Below, one piece after another: positions 32,735-42,379 of a stretch of DNA of 64,000 nt. The stretch lies in NCBI RefSeq assembly GCF_046105845.1, contig NZ_CP151004.1. One strand, written 5' to 3'. Under the pieces are notes generated by a model. The model searched no databases and was not told the origin of the DNA. It saw only the letters and a list, made by a program, of their open reading frames with translations. This DNA is from Escherichia coli. GTDB taxonomy: Bacteria > Pseudomonadota > Gammaproteobacteria > Enterobacterales > Enterobacteriaceae. Each line of letters opens with the position of its first letter. The first letter of the stretch is position 1. The position numbers and the translations under genes are program-made.

Positions 32735-34768
32735 TCACGCGTCCGGGAACATCACGCTATGGCCCGGCGCTTCACGATGGAGATGGATAAAGTTAAGGTG
32801 TCGCTCGTACTGGTCGAGAATATCGGTGATCACCTGCTCTTTGCTGTAGTCCATCAGGTCGTTGCCCTGGCTGCCTTCTAACAGGAAAGTTTCCAGCCGG
32901 TAGTAAGTCGATTTACCGCTACGTGCGCGGTAGGTAAAGCCCGGCACCGAATATTGCTGCGGCCAAATCTGATAGACAAAGTTTTGCTCTTCGCCCATAT
33001 GCACCAACAAATCCAGATGCCCCAACTGTTGCCCCTCTTCCGGCGGCAGGCTTTTTAGCTCCACGTACGCGCCGCGCAACCGCAGCTCCTGCGCCACTTC
33101 TTCCATTGCCGGGTAACAGACCGTCTCCATCATCTGTTTAGTGTAACGCGTGCCCGGATAATTCATCAGGCGCGAGAGACGTTTTTTCCAGCTCAGGCGA
33201 TCCTGAAGCCCCAGCGGTCTCGGTGCGGTATCGCGGTTGGCACTTTCACGGCGGTAATCTTCTACCTTCAGAGATTTATACAACCCCGCCATCACGAAGA
33301 AAATCACAAAGCTGAACGGCAGCCCCATGATTACCGTGGTGTTTTGCAGCGCGGATATCCCGTTGGTCATCAGCATGCCGAGCGTCAGCAGGCCAATCGC
33401 CACCGACCAGAAAACGCGCAGCCAGCCGGGGGCGTCGCTGTTGATATCTTTAAGCTGCGAGGTGAAATTCCCCAGCACCAGCGCCCCGGAGTCCGCCGAG
33501 GTCACATAAAACAGCAGGCCAGTAATGGTGGCGACGGAGGCGCTAAAGGTAAACGCCGGATACTGCGCCAGCAGGCTGTAGAAGCCGCGCTCCGGATGGA
33601 CCATCGCTTCCTCGGCAAATGCCGCGCCGCCGTGGATGATTTCATACAGCGCGCTATTGCCGAATACCGAGAGCCATAACAGCGTGAAGGTAAACGGAAT
33701 AATCAACGTGCCCAGCACGAACTGGCGAATGGTACGCCCACGCGAGATACGCGCCAGGAACAGGCCGACAAACGGCGACCATGCCACCCACCATGCCCAG
33801 AAGAAGAGCGTCCAGTTATTCATCCACTCAACCGGACGGTCGAAGGCAAAACTGTTGAGCGTCATTCCCATAAAGCGATTCACATAGTCGCCAACGTTCA
33901 GCACCAGCGCATTAAGCAGGAACGAGGTGTCGCCCATAAACAGCACGAACAGGATCAGCCCCAGCGCCAGCGCAACGTTGAGTTCCGATAACACACGAAT
34001 GCCCTTATCGACACCGGAGGTGACAGAGATCGTTGCGATGATCACCGACAAGGCGATCAGTGCCGCTTTCGCCGCCATCGAATCGGGAATATCAAACAGT
34101 ACGCTCAAGCCATAGTTAAGCTGCACCACACCGATACCGAGCGTAGTGGCAATACCAAAGATGGTGCCGATCACCGCAGCAATATCCACTGAGTGACCTA
34201 TCGGCCCGTTAATCCGTTTACCGAAGATCGGGTACAGCGCCGAGCGGATAGTGAGCGGCAAATTATAACGATAGCTAAAGTATCCGAGCGCCATGCCCAT
34301 CAGCGCATACATCGACCAGCCGGTTAAGCCGTAGTGAAACAGCGTCCAGACCATCGCCTGACGCGCGGCCTCAATCGTCTGTCCCGCGCCTTCCGGCGGC
34401 TGCATATACTGCGTTACCGGTTCGGCTACGGAAAAGAACATCAGGTCGATACCGATCCCGGCAGCAAACAGCATCGCCGCCCAACTCAGCAGACTGAATT
34501 CCGGTTTGGATTGTTCTGGCCCGAGCTTCACCGAACCAAAACGCGAACAAGCGATACAGACCACAAAGACAATATAGAGCGTTGCCGCCAGCAGATAGTA
34601 CCAACCGAAGGTTTTAGAAACCCAGTCCAGCGTGCGGCCAATCCACAGGGCCGAGAAGTCGCGAAACAGGATCGTTGTCAGGGAAAACAACAAAATCAGT
34701 CCGGCGGAAGTGTAAAACACCACCGGATTGATTTTGTCCTTTTCCCTGCTGTGTGAAAGGTCTGTCAT
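32735..34768 (-). CDS. betT: Choline transporter (BCCT family)
   Basis: 677 aa polytopic ORF with ATG start; divergent from betIBA. Confidence 0.95.
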   Translation of the reverse strand: MTDLSHSREKDKINPVVFYTSAGLILLFSLTTILFRDFSALWIGRTLDWVSKTFGWYYLLAATLYIVFVVCIACSRFGSVKLGPEQSKPEFSLLSWAAMLFAAGIGIDLMFFSVAEPVTQYMQPPEGAGQTIEAARQAMVWTLFHYGLTGWSMYALMGMALGYFSYRYNLPLTIRSALYPIFGKRINGPIGHSVDIAAVIGTIFGIATTLGIGVVQLNYGLSVLFDIPDSMAAKAALIALSVIIATISVTSGVDKGIRVLSELNVALALGLILFVLFMGDTSFLLNALVLNVGDYVNRFMGMTLNSFAFDRPVEWMNNWTLFFWAWWVAWSPFVGLFLARISRGRTIRQFVLGTLIIPFTFTLLWLSVFGNSALYEIIHGGAAFAEEAMVHPERGFYSLLAQYPAFTFSASVATITGLLFYVTSADSGALVLGNFTSQLKDINSDAPGWLRVFWSVAIGLLTLGMLMTNGISALQNTTVIMGLPFSFVIFFVMAGLYKSLKVEDYRRESANRDTAPRPLGLQDRLSWKKRLSRLMNYPGTRYTKQMMETVCYPAMEEVAQELRLRGAYVELKSLPPEEGQQLGHLDLLVHMGEEQNFVYQIWPQQYSVPGFTYRARSGKSTYYRLETFLLEGSQGNDLMDYSKEQVITDILDQYERHLNFIHLHREAPGHSVMFPDA

Positions 34769-34896
34769 CCAGTATCCCCACTGTTATTGTTACCATTTAA
34801 AATCAAATTCGTAACAATTAAGACACATTTTATATTGAACGTCCAATCAATAACCGCTTTAATAGATAAACAACGCTGATGAATGGAGTGGCGAAA
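34769..34896. promoter_or_regulatory. Divergent betT / betIBA promoter-operator region
   Basis: 128 bp AT-rich intergenic region between divergently transcribed betT and betI; known site of BetI-mediated choline regulation (operator not mapped here). Confidence 0.5.
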
Positions 34897-35484
34897 ATGC
34901 CCAAATTGGGGATGCAGTCGATCCGGCGCAGACAACTGATCGACGCCACGCTGGAAGCAATCAATGAGGTGGGCATGCACGATGCAACGATCGCGCAGAT
35001 CGCCCGCCGTGCAGGCGTTTCTACGGGGATCATCAGCCACTATTTCAGGGACAAAAATGGTCTGCTGGAAGCAACCATGCGCGATATCACCAGTCAGCTG
35101 CGTGACGCGGTTTTGAATCGATTACATGCACTTCCGCAGGGCAGTGCAGAGCAGCGATTACAGGCGATTGTTGACGGGAATTTCGATGAAACGCAGGTCA
35201 GTAATGCTGCGATGAAAGCCTGGCTGGCGTTCTGGGCCAGCAGTATGCATCAGCCGATGCTTTACCGTTTGCAGCAGGTGAGCAGCCGCCGCTTATTGTC
35301 GAATCTGGTGAGCGAATTTCGCCGCGAGTTACCGCGCCAACAGGCACAGGAAGCGGGCTACGGCCTTGCCGCGCTGATTGACGGATTATGGCTGCGCGCG
35401 GCACTGAGCGGCAAACCGCTGGATAAACCTCTCGCACACTCGCTGACCCGTCACTTTATTACTCAGCATTTACCCACCGATTAA
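34897..35484 (+). CDS. betI: TetR-family repressor BetI
   Basis: ATG at 34897 is preceded by GGAG; gives 195 aa [19 protein letters not shown]... with TetR HTH. Confidence 0.92.
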   Translation: MPKLGMQSIRRRQLIDATLEAINEVGMHDATIAQIARRAGVSTGIISHYFRDKNGLLEATMRDITSQLRDAVLNRLHALPQGSAEQRLQAIVDGNFDETQVSNAAMKAWLAFWASSMHQPMLYRLQQVSSRRLLSNLVSEFRRELPRQQAQEAGYGLAALIDGLWLRAALSGKPLDKPLAHSLTRHFITQHLPTD

Positions 35485-35497
35485 CCGAGGAGACGTG

Positions 35498-36970
35498 ATG
35501 TCCCGAATGGCAGAACAGCAGCTTTATATACATGGTGGTTATACCTCCGCCACCAGCGGTCGCACCTTCGAGACCATTAACCCGGCCAACGGTAACGTGC
35601 TGGCGACCGTGCAGGCCGCCGGACGTGAGGATGTCGATCGCGCCGTGAAGAGTGCCCAACAGGGGCAAAAAATCTGGGCAGCGATGACCGCTATGGAACG
35701 CTCGCGTATTCTGCGTCGGGCCGTTGATATTCTGCGTGAACGCAATGACGAACTCGCAAAACTGGAAACCCTCGACACCGGAAAAGCGTATTCGGAAACA
35801 TCAACCGTCGATATCGTTACCGGCGCGGACGTGCTGGAGTACTACGCCGGGCTGATCCCGTCGCTGGAAGGCAGCCAGATCCCATTGCGTGAGACGTCAT
35901 TTGTTTATACCCGCCGCGAACCGCTGGGCGTAGTGGCAGGGATTGGCGCATGGAACTACCCGATCCAGATTGCCTTGTGGAAATCCGCACCGGCGCTGGC
36001 GGCAGGCAACGCGATGATTTTCAAACCGAGCGAAGTCACCCCGCTTACCGCGTTAAAGCTGGCCGAAATTTACAGCGAAGCGGGCCTGCCGGACGGCGTA
36101 TTTAACGTGCTGCCGGGCGTGGGCGCGGAGACCGGGCAGTATCTGACCGAGCATCCGGGCATTGCCAAAGTGTCATTTACCGGCGGTGTCGCCAGCGGCA
36201 AAAAAGTGATGGCTAACTCGGCGGCCTCTTCCCTGAAAGAAGTGACCATGGAGCTGGGCGGTAAATCACCGCTGATCGTTTTCGACGATGCAGACCTCGA
36301 TCTCGCCGCTGATATCGCCATGATGGCGAACTTCTTCAGCTCCGGTCAGGTGTGTACCAATGGCACCCGCGTGTTTATTCCGGCGAAATGCAAAGCCGCA
36401 TTTGAACAAAAGATTCTGGCGCGCGTTGAGCGCATTCGCGCGGGCGACGTTTTCGATCCGCAAACTAACTTCGGCCCGCTGGTCAGCTTCCCGCATCGCG
36501 ATAACGTGCTGCGCTATATCGCCAAAGGCAAAGAGGAAGGCGCGCGCGTACTGTGCGGCGGCGATGTACTGAAAGGCGATGGCTTCGATAACGGCGCATG
36601 GGTTGCACCGACCGTGTTCACCGATTGCCGCGACGAAATGACCATCGTGCGTGAAGAGATCTTCGGTCCGGTGATGTCGCTTCTCACTTATGAATCTGAG
36701 GACGAAGTGATTCGCCGCGCCAATGATACCGACTACGGCCTGGCGGCGGGCATCGTGACGGCGGACCTGAACCGCGCGCATCGCGTCATTCATCAGCTGG
36801 AAGCGGGTATTTGCTGGATCAACACCTGGGGCGAATCCCCTGCAGAGATGCCCGTTGGCGGCTACAAACACTCCGGTATTGGTCGCGAGAACGGCGTGAT
36901 GACGCTCCAGAGTTACACCCAGGTGAAGTCCATCCAGGTTGAGATGGCTAAATTCCAGTCCATATTCTGA
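35498..36970 (+). CDS. betB: Betaine aldehyde dehydrogenase
   Basis: ATG at 35498 (track starts at the adjacent GTG 35495) gives 490 aa; aldehyde dehydrogenase motifs (catalytic Cys in GQVCTNG; ELGGKSP). Confidence 0.95.
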   Translation: MSRMAEQQLYIHGGYTSATSGRTFETINPANGNVLATVQAAGREDVDRAVKSAQQGQKIWAAMTAMERSRILRRAVDILRERNDELAKLETLDTGKAYSETSTVDIVTGADVLEYYAGLIPSLEGSQIPLRETSFVYTRREPLGVVAGIGAWNYPIQIALWKSAPALAAGNAMIFKPSEVTPLTALKLAEIYSEAGLPDGVFNVLPGVGAETGQYLTEHPGIAKVSFTGGVASGKKVMANSAASSLKEVTMELGGKSPLIVFDDADLDLAADIAMMANFFSSGQVCTNGTRVFIPAKCKAAFEQKILARVERIRAGDVFDPQTNFGPLVSFPHRDNVLRYIAKGKEEGARVLCGGDVLKGDGFDNGAWVAPTVFTDCRDEMTIVREEIFGPVMSLLTYESEDEVIRRANDTDYGLAAGIVTADLNRAHRVIHQLEAGICWINTWGESPAEMPVGGYKHSGIGRENGVMTLQSYTQVKSIQVEMAKFQSIF

Positions 36971-36983
36971 CCAGGAGGTTTAT

Positions 36984-38654
36984 TTGCAATTTGACTACAT
37001 CATTATTGGTGCCGGCTCAGCCGGCAACGTTCTCGCTACCCGTCTGACTGAAGATCCGAACACAACCGTGCTGCTGCTTGAAGCAGGCGGCCCGGACTAT
37101 CGCTTTGACTTTCGCACCCAGATGCCCGCCGCGCTGGCGTTCCCGTTACAGGGTAAACGCTATAACTGGGCCTATGAGACGGAACCGGAACCGTTTATGA
37201 ACAACCGTCGCATGGAGTGCGGACGCGGTAAAGGTCTGGGCGGATCGTCACTGATCAACGGCATGTGCTACATCCGTGGCAATGCGCTGGATCTCGATAA
37301 CTGGGCGCAAGAACCCGGTCTGGAGAACTGGAGCTACCTCGACTGCCTGCCCTACTACCGCAAGGCCGAGACGCGCGATGTGGGCGAGAACGACTACCAC
37401 GGCGGCGACGGCCCGGTGAGCGTCACCACCTCCAAACCCGGCGTCAATCCGCTGTTTGAAGCGATGATTGAAGCGGGCGTGCAGGCGGGCTACCCGCGCA
37501 CGGACGATCTCAACGGTTATCAGCAGGAAGGTTTTGGCCCGATGGATCGCACCGTCACGCCGCAGGGCCGTCGCGCCAGCACCGCGCGTGGCTATCTCGA
37601 TCAGGCCAAATCGCGCCCTAACCTGACCATTCGTACTCACGCCATGACCGATCACATCATTTTTGACGGCAAACGCGCGGTGGGCGTCGAGTGGCTGGAA
37701 GGCGACAGCACCATTCCGACCCGCGCGGCGGCGAATAAAGAAGTGCTGTTATGTGCAGGCGCGATTGCTTCACCGCAGATCCTGCAACGCTCCGGCGTCG
37801 GCAACGCTGGACTGCTGGCGGAGTTTGATATTCCGCTGGTGCATGAATTACCTGGCGTCGGCGAAAATCTTCAGGATCACCTGGAGATGTATCTGCAATA
37901 TGAGTGCAAAGAACCGGTTTCCCTCTACCCTGCCCTGCAGTGGTGGAATCAGCCGAAAATCGGTGCGGAGTGGCTGTTTGGCGGCACCGGCGTTGGTGCC
38001 AGCAACCACTTTGAAGCTGGCGGATTTATTCGCAGCCGTGAGGAATTTACGTGGCCGAATATTCAGTACCATTTCCTGCCAGTGGCGATTAACTATAACG
38101 GCTCGAACGCAGTGAAAGAGCACGGCTTCCAGTGCCACGTCGGATCGATGCGCTCGCCAAGCCGTGGGCATGTGCGGATTAAATCCCGCGACCCGCACCA
38201 GCATCCGGGAATTCTGTTTAACTACATGTCGCACGAGCAGGACTGGCAGGAGTTCCGCGACGCAATTCGCATCACCCGCGAGATCATGCATCAACCCGCG
38301 CTGGATCAATACCGTGGCCGCGAAATCAGCCCCGGCGCGGAATGTCAGACGGATGAGCAGCTCGATGAGTTCGTGCGTAACCACGCCGAAACCGCGTTTC
38401 ATCCGTGCGGTACCTGCAAAATGGGTTATGACGAGATGGCAGTGGTTGACGCCGAAGGCCGCGTACACGGGCTGGAAGGCCTGCGCGTGGTGGATGCGTC
38501 AATTATGCCGCAAATTATCACCGGCAATTTGAACGCTACGACTATTATGATTGGCGAGAAAATGGCGGATATGATTCGCGGGAAGGATGCGTTGCCGAGG
38601 AGCACGGCGGGATATTATGTGGCAAATGGGATGCCGGTGAGAGCGAAAAAATGA
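36984..38654 (+). CDS. betA: Choline dehydrogenase (GMC oxidoreductase)
   Basis: Recognised BetA N-terminus (M)[14 protein letters not shown] aligns with a TTG at 36984, preceded by AGGAGG at 36973-36978 with 5 nt spacing; gives 556 aa. The ORF track extends to another TTG at 36939. Confidence 0.88.
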   Translation: MQFDYIIIGAGSAGNVLATRLTEDPNTTVLLLEAGGPDYRFDFRTQMPAALAFPLQGKRYNWAYETEPEPFMNNRRMECGRGKGLGGSSLINGMCYIRGNALDLDNWAQEPGLENWSYLDCLPYYRKAETRDVGENDYHGGDGPVSVTTSKPGVNPLFEAMIEAGVQAGYPRTDDLNGYQQEGFGPMDRTVTPQGRRASTARGYLDQAKSRPNLTIRTHAMTDHIIFDGKRAVGVEWLEGDSTIPTRAAANKEVLLCAGAIASPQILQRSGVGNAGLLAEFDIPLVHELPGVGENLQDHLEMYLQYECKEPVSLYPALQWWNQPKIGAEWLFGGTGVGASNHFEAGGFIRSREEFTWPNIQYHFLPVAINYNGSNAVKEHGFQCHVGSMRSPSRGHVRIKSRDPHQHPGILFNYMSHEQDWQEFRDAIRITREIMHQPALDQYRGREISPGAECQTDEQLDEFVRNHAETAFHPCGTCKMGYDEMAVVDAEGRVHGLEGLRVVDASIMPQIITGNLNATTIMIGEKMADMIRGKDALPRSTAGYYVANGMPVRAKK

Positions 38655-39735
38655 GTCGTGATGTGAACTGACTCAGGAACCTATCAGATTGAGAGTTACC
38701 GTTCTACTATGAGGACCGAATCCTTATATAAAACACTGAGGTAACTCTCATGCTTCATCGTGACAATCTCGCCAGCAAATTCTAAGCTGACTTGCTCAAT
38801 CTGGCTAATGAAGGTGCTATGGATACACAGATAAACCACAGGTGAAATGCCACTCAGCTTAAGAATCACGCAGCTAGTGTTCCTGGCTATGGTTACTTGT
38901 TCACTCTCGCTCACGGTTAGCATATACGAAAACGGTTCTTGTAACGAGGACAAAAATAAGTCAGACCAAAACCACATGGAGCTTTAAACACGGCTCGTAT
39001 AATTTATTAGCAGCGATTTATTTTTACTCTTCTTTAATTAATCATCATGCTTAAATATTTTTTAGCACACGATTATCGCTTCACTAACATTTTAGTTTAC
39101 ATTGATTCCCAATTGACAATAAAAAATTGTTAATAAGTTTTTGCGAAAAATAAAAAGTGTTGAAATACTCTCCAGTAAACGAATGCAAAATAAACAAACT
39201 AAGGTTTACAAAAAACAAAAACTATTCAAAAGAATATTTTTAATTTATTAGCAGAGTCCATTAACAATGGTTTACTCACGAACAGAAAAGTAAAGAACAC
39301 CTTGCAATAATATGTATTTATAAATTCATATCATTGATATTAAACTAATCTTACTTTCTACCCTCCCAACTTCATACACCAAAAAAACAAAGTAAAATCA
39401 ATTATATACACAACAAGGCAATCTCAAAGGAAATAATATTAAATATCTCAAAACTAATAAAAATTACTAAGACATTAGACGTAACACACATCCCACACGC
39501 CCTGTAGCTCATAGCTTTTATATTTATTTTCTCACATCACTGTAGATAAAAACACGCATTAAAAATGACTTGTAGAAAAGCTGCACAATAAATAGTTCAT
39601 ATTTAGTCTGTTGCGTAGAACTACTATTCAAAAAATCTTATTAATGAGATAATGAGATTACATCGATAACGTTCTGATTGCAGGCATACTTATCTGGGTG
39701 TGCCTCTCTTTTTTTACAACTGTACACGGTGGCGT

Positions 39736-40299
39736 ATGACGAGAAAATATCTCACACAGGATGAAGTCTACAGGCTGATGGATGCAGCCCAGAGCATGTC
39801 CTTTCCTGAAAGAAATCGCTGTCTGATTATGATGGCTTTCATTCACGGTTTTAGGGCCAGTGAACTTCTTGATTTACGTTTATCCGATATTGATGCATCT
39901 GGAAAACAACTTAATATTCGGCGTATTAAAAATGGTTTCTCGACAACACATCCTCTTCTTCCTGATGAATATAATTTGATCAAGTTGTGGCTTAAGCAGA
40001 GGAAGTTAATTGAAAACGGAGTTGAAGGAGACTGGCTTTTTCTCTCCCGGAAACGCCGCCCTATCAGCAGACAACATTTTTTTTCTATCATTCGTGAGGC
40101 TGGAAAACGTGCAGGATTAGCTGTAAAAGCACATCCTCATATGTTACGTCATGCCTGTGGTTTTGCTCTGGCTGACAATGGTGTCGATACCCGACTACTT
40201 CAGGATTATCTGGGTCATCGAAATATTCAGCATACTGTCAGATACACAGCCAGTAATGCTGCTCGTTTTAAAGGGGTGTGGAAAAAAAAGCCTCGTTAA
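39736..40299 (+). CDS. Tyrosine site-specific recombinase, FimB/FimE-like
   Basis: ATG at 39736 gives about 187 aa MTRKYLTQDEVYRLMDAAQ...; C-terminal catalytic region HMLRHACGFALADNGVDTRLLQDYLGHRNIQHTVRYT contains the R-H-R-Y tyrosine-recombinase signature, and size and sequence resemble the fim-switch recombinases; gene is visibly AT-rich. Possibly the ipuA homolog (unverified). Confidence 0.85.
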   Translation: MTRKYLTQDEVYRLMDAAQSMSFPERNRCLIMMAFIHGFRASELLDLRLSDIDASGKQLNIRRIKNGFSTTHPLLPDEYNLIKLWLKQRKLIENGVEGDWLFLSRKRRPISRQHFFSIIREAGKRAGLAVKAHPHMLRHACGFALADNGVDTRLLQDYLGHRNIQHTVRYTASNAARFKGVWKKKPR

Positions 40300-40311
40300 A
40301 ACAGTACCTTC

Positions 40312-40327
40312 TGATTCAAAATGTCAG
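40312..40327. repeat. Left inverted repeat of candidate invertible element
   Basis: TGATTCAAAATGTCAG; exact reverse complement occurs at 40574-40589. Confidence 0.85.
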
Positions 40328-40573
40328 ATTCCTACGTTTTCCTCAATTCTTCCATAAAAAAACAGCCCATTCAATTAAATAAAACACATAACATGTTGAT
40401 ATTTCTAGCTAAAGTAAAATAACCCCATGATTTGAAATGATTAATCACAAAGGTCATACCAGTGATTAACTTTTGCTCATATTGTTAAATAGCACAAAAT
40501 TAAAAACAATAAAAATCAAACAAATTAGATTTATATTCCAAGAAAATTAAATATTCAGGCTATTAAACAAAAC

Positions 40574-40589
40574 CTGACATTTTGAATCA
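40574..40589. repeat. Right inverted repeat of candidate invertible element (inside a 31 bp perfect palindrome at 40571-40601)
   Basis: CTGACATTTTGAATCA; the surrounding AACCTGACATTTTG-A-ATCAAAATGTCAGGTT is a perfect palindrome, so this end carries the repeat in both orientations, like paired recombinase half-sites. Confidence 0.85.
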
Positions 40590-40628
40590 AAATGTCAGGT
40601 TTTGTAGCAATGGCGTGGACGAGTCTGA

Positions 40629-41423
40629 ATGAAGAAGCCTCTGGTTATTATCAGTGCCTGTCAGTTCACCAGGCTGGCACTGGAGTCTCTCATCCCAACG
40701 GACAGGTATCTCGTGCGGGTGTACAGCAACGTCACTACAGAGGTTGAATTCATTTTAAAGACCTCCTGTGGCTACCTGTTAGCTGATATCCCTTCGCTTC
40801 CTTCGGGGGAGTTGGTTCTTCTGGCTTGTCTTGTCCGCTTGCGGAGTGATGCCGGGCAATGGCAGGTCTGCCTGACCGGTGACTCCGACTGGTTCGATAA
40901 TGCTCCTGCTGCAAGTCTGTATAACGGCTTCCCACGCATCGGCACCATGCTGACAGCGAGTCGTTATCAGAATCAAATTATCCGCTGGTTACTACGTCCT
41001 TTGCCCGGCGATATGAGTGATTTCTGGCTCCTGACTGCACGGGAGTTGAGCGTGCTTAAGATTCTGATGCAGGGCATGAGTTTCAGTGAGATTGCCCGTT
41101 ATGAACAACGCAGTTCAAAGACCCTGCATGCGATTGCCACACGGGCATTAATGAAACTTGGACTGGGAACTCTGAGCGATTTCAGGCTGCTCTATACGGG
41201 ATGCGGTGACAGCAGAGTGAAACGGAATATACGGCTACATGCAAGATATGTCGGACAACATTCCGCTCATCGACTCACTCAGTATATGCAGAACATGGTA
41301 TCCGGAATTCTTTATCCAGAGAAAGTTGTCGTTGGTGAATCAATAAATTCTGACGCCATATCCGGAAAAGTACTTTCCGGACAAAGAAAAAATATGTCTA
41401 AAAAAAGACCAGGATTGTTATGA
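40629..41423 (+). CDS. LuxR-family transcriptional regulator (C-terminal HTH)
   Basis: 264 aa ORF with ATG start; LuxR-type HTH LTARELSVLKILMQGMSFSEIARYEQRSSKTLHAIATRALMKLGL, closely similar to the HTH of PdeL in this window; no recognisable receiver domain. Confidence 0.8.
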   Translation: MKKPLVIISACQFTRLALESLIPTDRYLVRVYSNVTTEVEFILKTSCGYLLADIPSLPSGELVLLACLVRLRSDAGQWQVCLTGDSDWFDNAPAASLYNGFPRIGTMLTASRYQNQIIRWLLRPLPGDMSDFWLLTARELSVLKILMQGMSFSEIARYEQRSSKTLHAIATRALMKLGLGTLSDFRLLYTGCGDSRVKRNIRLHARYVGQHSAHRLTQYMQNMVSGILYPEKVVVGESINSDAISGKVLSGQRKNMSKKRPGLL

Positions 41424-41522
41424 CACAGCAGCGTTGTTACTACCCCCCACTGCGGCGCATACGGACTCGCTACAGTGTAGGAGCCAAAATATTTCTACTG
41501 CTCTGGGCTGCAGGATTGGGAG

Positions 41523-41549
41523 GCACGCTGTACAGCCTGTACAGCGTGC
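41523..41549. other. Perfect 27 bp palindrome between the two regulator genes
   Basis: GCACGCTGTACAG-C-CTGTACAGCGTGC (13 bp arms); not followed by a T-tract, so it may be an operator or RNA structure rather than a simple terminator. Confidence 0.4.
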
Positions 41550-41576
41550 TGGCGTACTGACATCAGTGAGGGAAGG

Positions 41577-42338
41577 ATGCGTTTCGTTCTTTTCTGTCCC
41601 TCAGGAATTGTACCAGCGCAGTTCGCAGCTCTATCAACCGGTTCTGTCGGCAATGTTACCTGCATCGGAACAGAAGAGGAGTTACGCAATAAATTGCGGC
41701 ACAGGCCACAGAGTGTCGTGATATCGGCAGGGCGACCTGCCGAATGCGCTGAAATGTGGTTCCGATTTTATCGGGATCACTCATTCGTGGTGGTGTTGTG
41801 CGTCGCGCCCTTTTTTCTGCCACCGGATGTGAGTATTTCTGGCGTTCTCAAAAACCTGAGGTTACTGAAACCAGGAATGTCAGTAGAGCGTGTCATCAGT
41901 ATTGCAAATGCCTCTGGTGGGTTTTCAGGACTGAAACATGCAGAAAGCTTGCCAGTTATGGACAGTTACTCTGTCTTTATGAAAGAGGTGAATAACCGCA
42001 CAAAGACAATCGTCATGTCAGAACGCTTCCCGGAAAAGCAAAAGAAGGTGTTGTCGTTACTTCTTGCCGGACACAGCTGGGAATACAGTGCGCAATTTCT
42101 CAAAACGGGGATAAGACAGATATGGCTTACCGAGCAGTCGCTAAAAAAGCGTTGGGGAATACCGGACAGCATGTCATTGCGGGAAGCCCTGCTGCTTGGC
42201 AGCAATAAATTTCACGGTGATGGAAACGCATTGGAAACAACGAATGCCATGACATTGCGTGAAAACGGAAATACCAACAGGTATTCCGTGGTGGTAAATG
42301 CAGGGACGCTGGCTTTATCTCTGCATAAATATAAATAA
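41577..42338 (+). CDS. Putative transcriptional regulator with LuxR-like C-terminal HTH
   Basis: 253 aa ORF with ATG start preceded by GAGGGAAGG; HTH-like segment EKQKKVLSLLLAGHSWEYSAQFLKTGIRQIWLTEQSLKKRWGI; AT-rich. Confidence 0.65.
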   Translation: MRFVLFCPSGIVPAQFAALSTGSVGNVTCIGTEEELRNKLRHRPQSVVISAGRPAECAEMWFRFYRDHSFVVVLCVAPFFLPPDVSISGVLKNLRLLKPGMSVERVISIANASGGFSGLKHAESLPVMDSYSVFMKEVNNRTKTIVMSERFPEKQKKVLSLLLAGHSWEYSAQFLKTGIRQIWLTEQSLKKRWGIPDSMSLREALLLGSNKFHGDGNALETTNAMTLRENGNTNRYSVVVNAGTLALSLHKYK

Positions 42339-42379
42339 GTGGGAAATTGAAATTAGTTACCAGAATGGAGAATTTCTTC

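Larger units (their letters stand above)
40312..40589. promoter_or_regulatory. Candidate invertible promoter switch (phase-variation element) between the recombinase and the LuxR-family regulator
   Basis: Perfect 16 bp inverted repeats bracket about 246 bp of AT-rich non-coding DNA containing promoter-like hexamers and an internal palindrome TTAATCAC-N13-GTGATTAA (40441-40469); immediately 3' of a FimB/E-like recombinase and 5' of the regulator ATG at 40629. Confidence 0.5.

Noticed and set aside
38696-38977. 93 aa minus-strand ORF just downstream of betA
   Set aside because: AT-rich frame with no recognisable motif, no obvious ribosome-binding site and unusual composition; more likely a chance ORF in the non-coding leader of the island. 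Kept only as a possibility inside the finding on that region.
40571-40601. The 31 bp palindrome as a Rho-independent terminator for the recombinase gene
   Set aside because: It is AT-rich, lies more than 270 bp after the recombinase stop, is not followed by a U-tract, and exactly matches the left inverted repeat, which makes a recombination-site interpretation more parsimonious.
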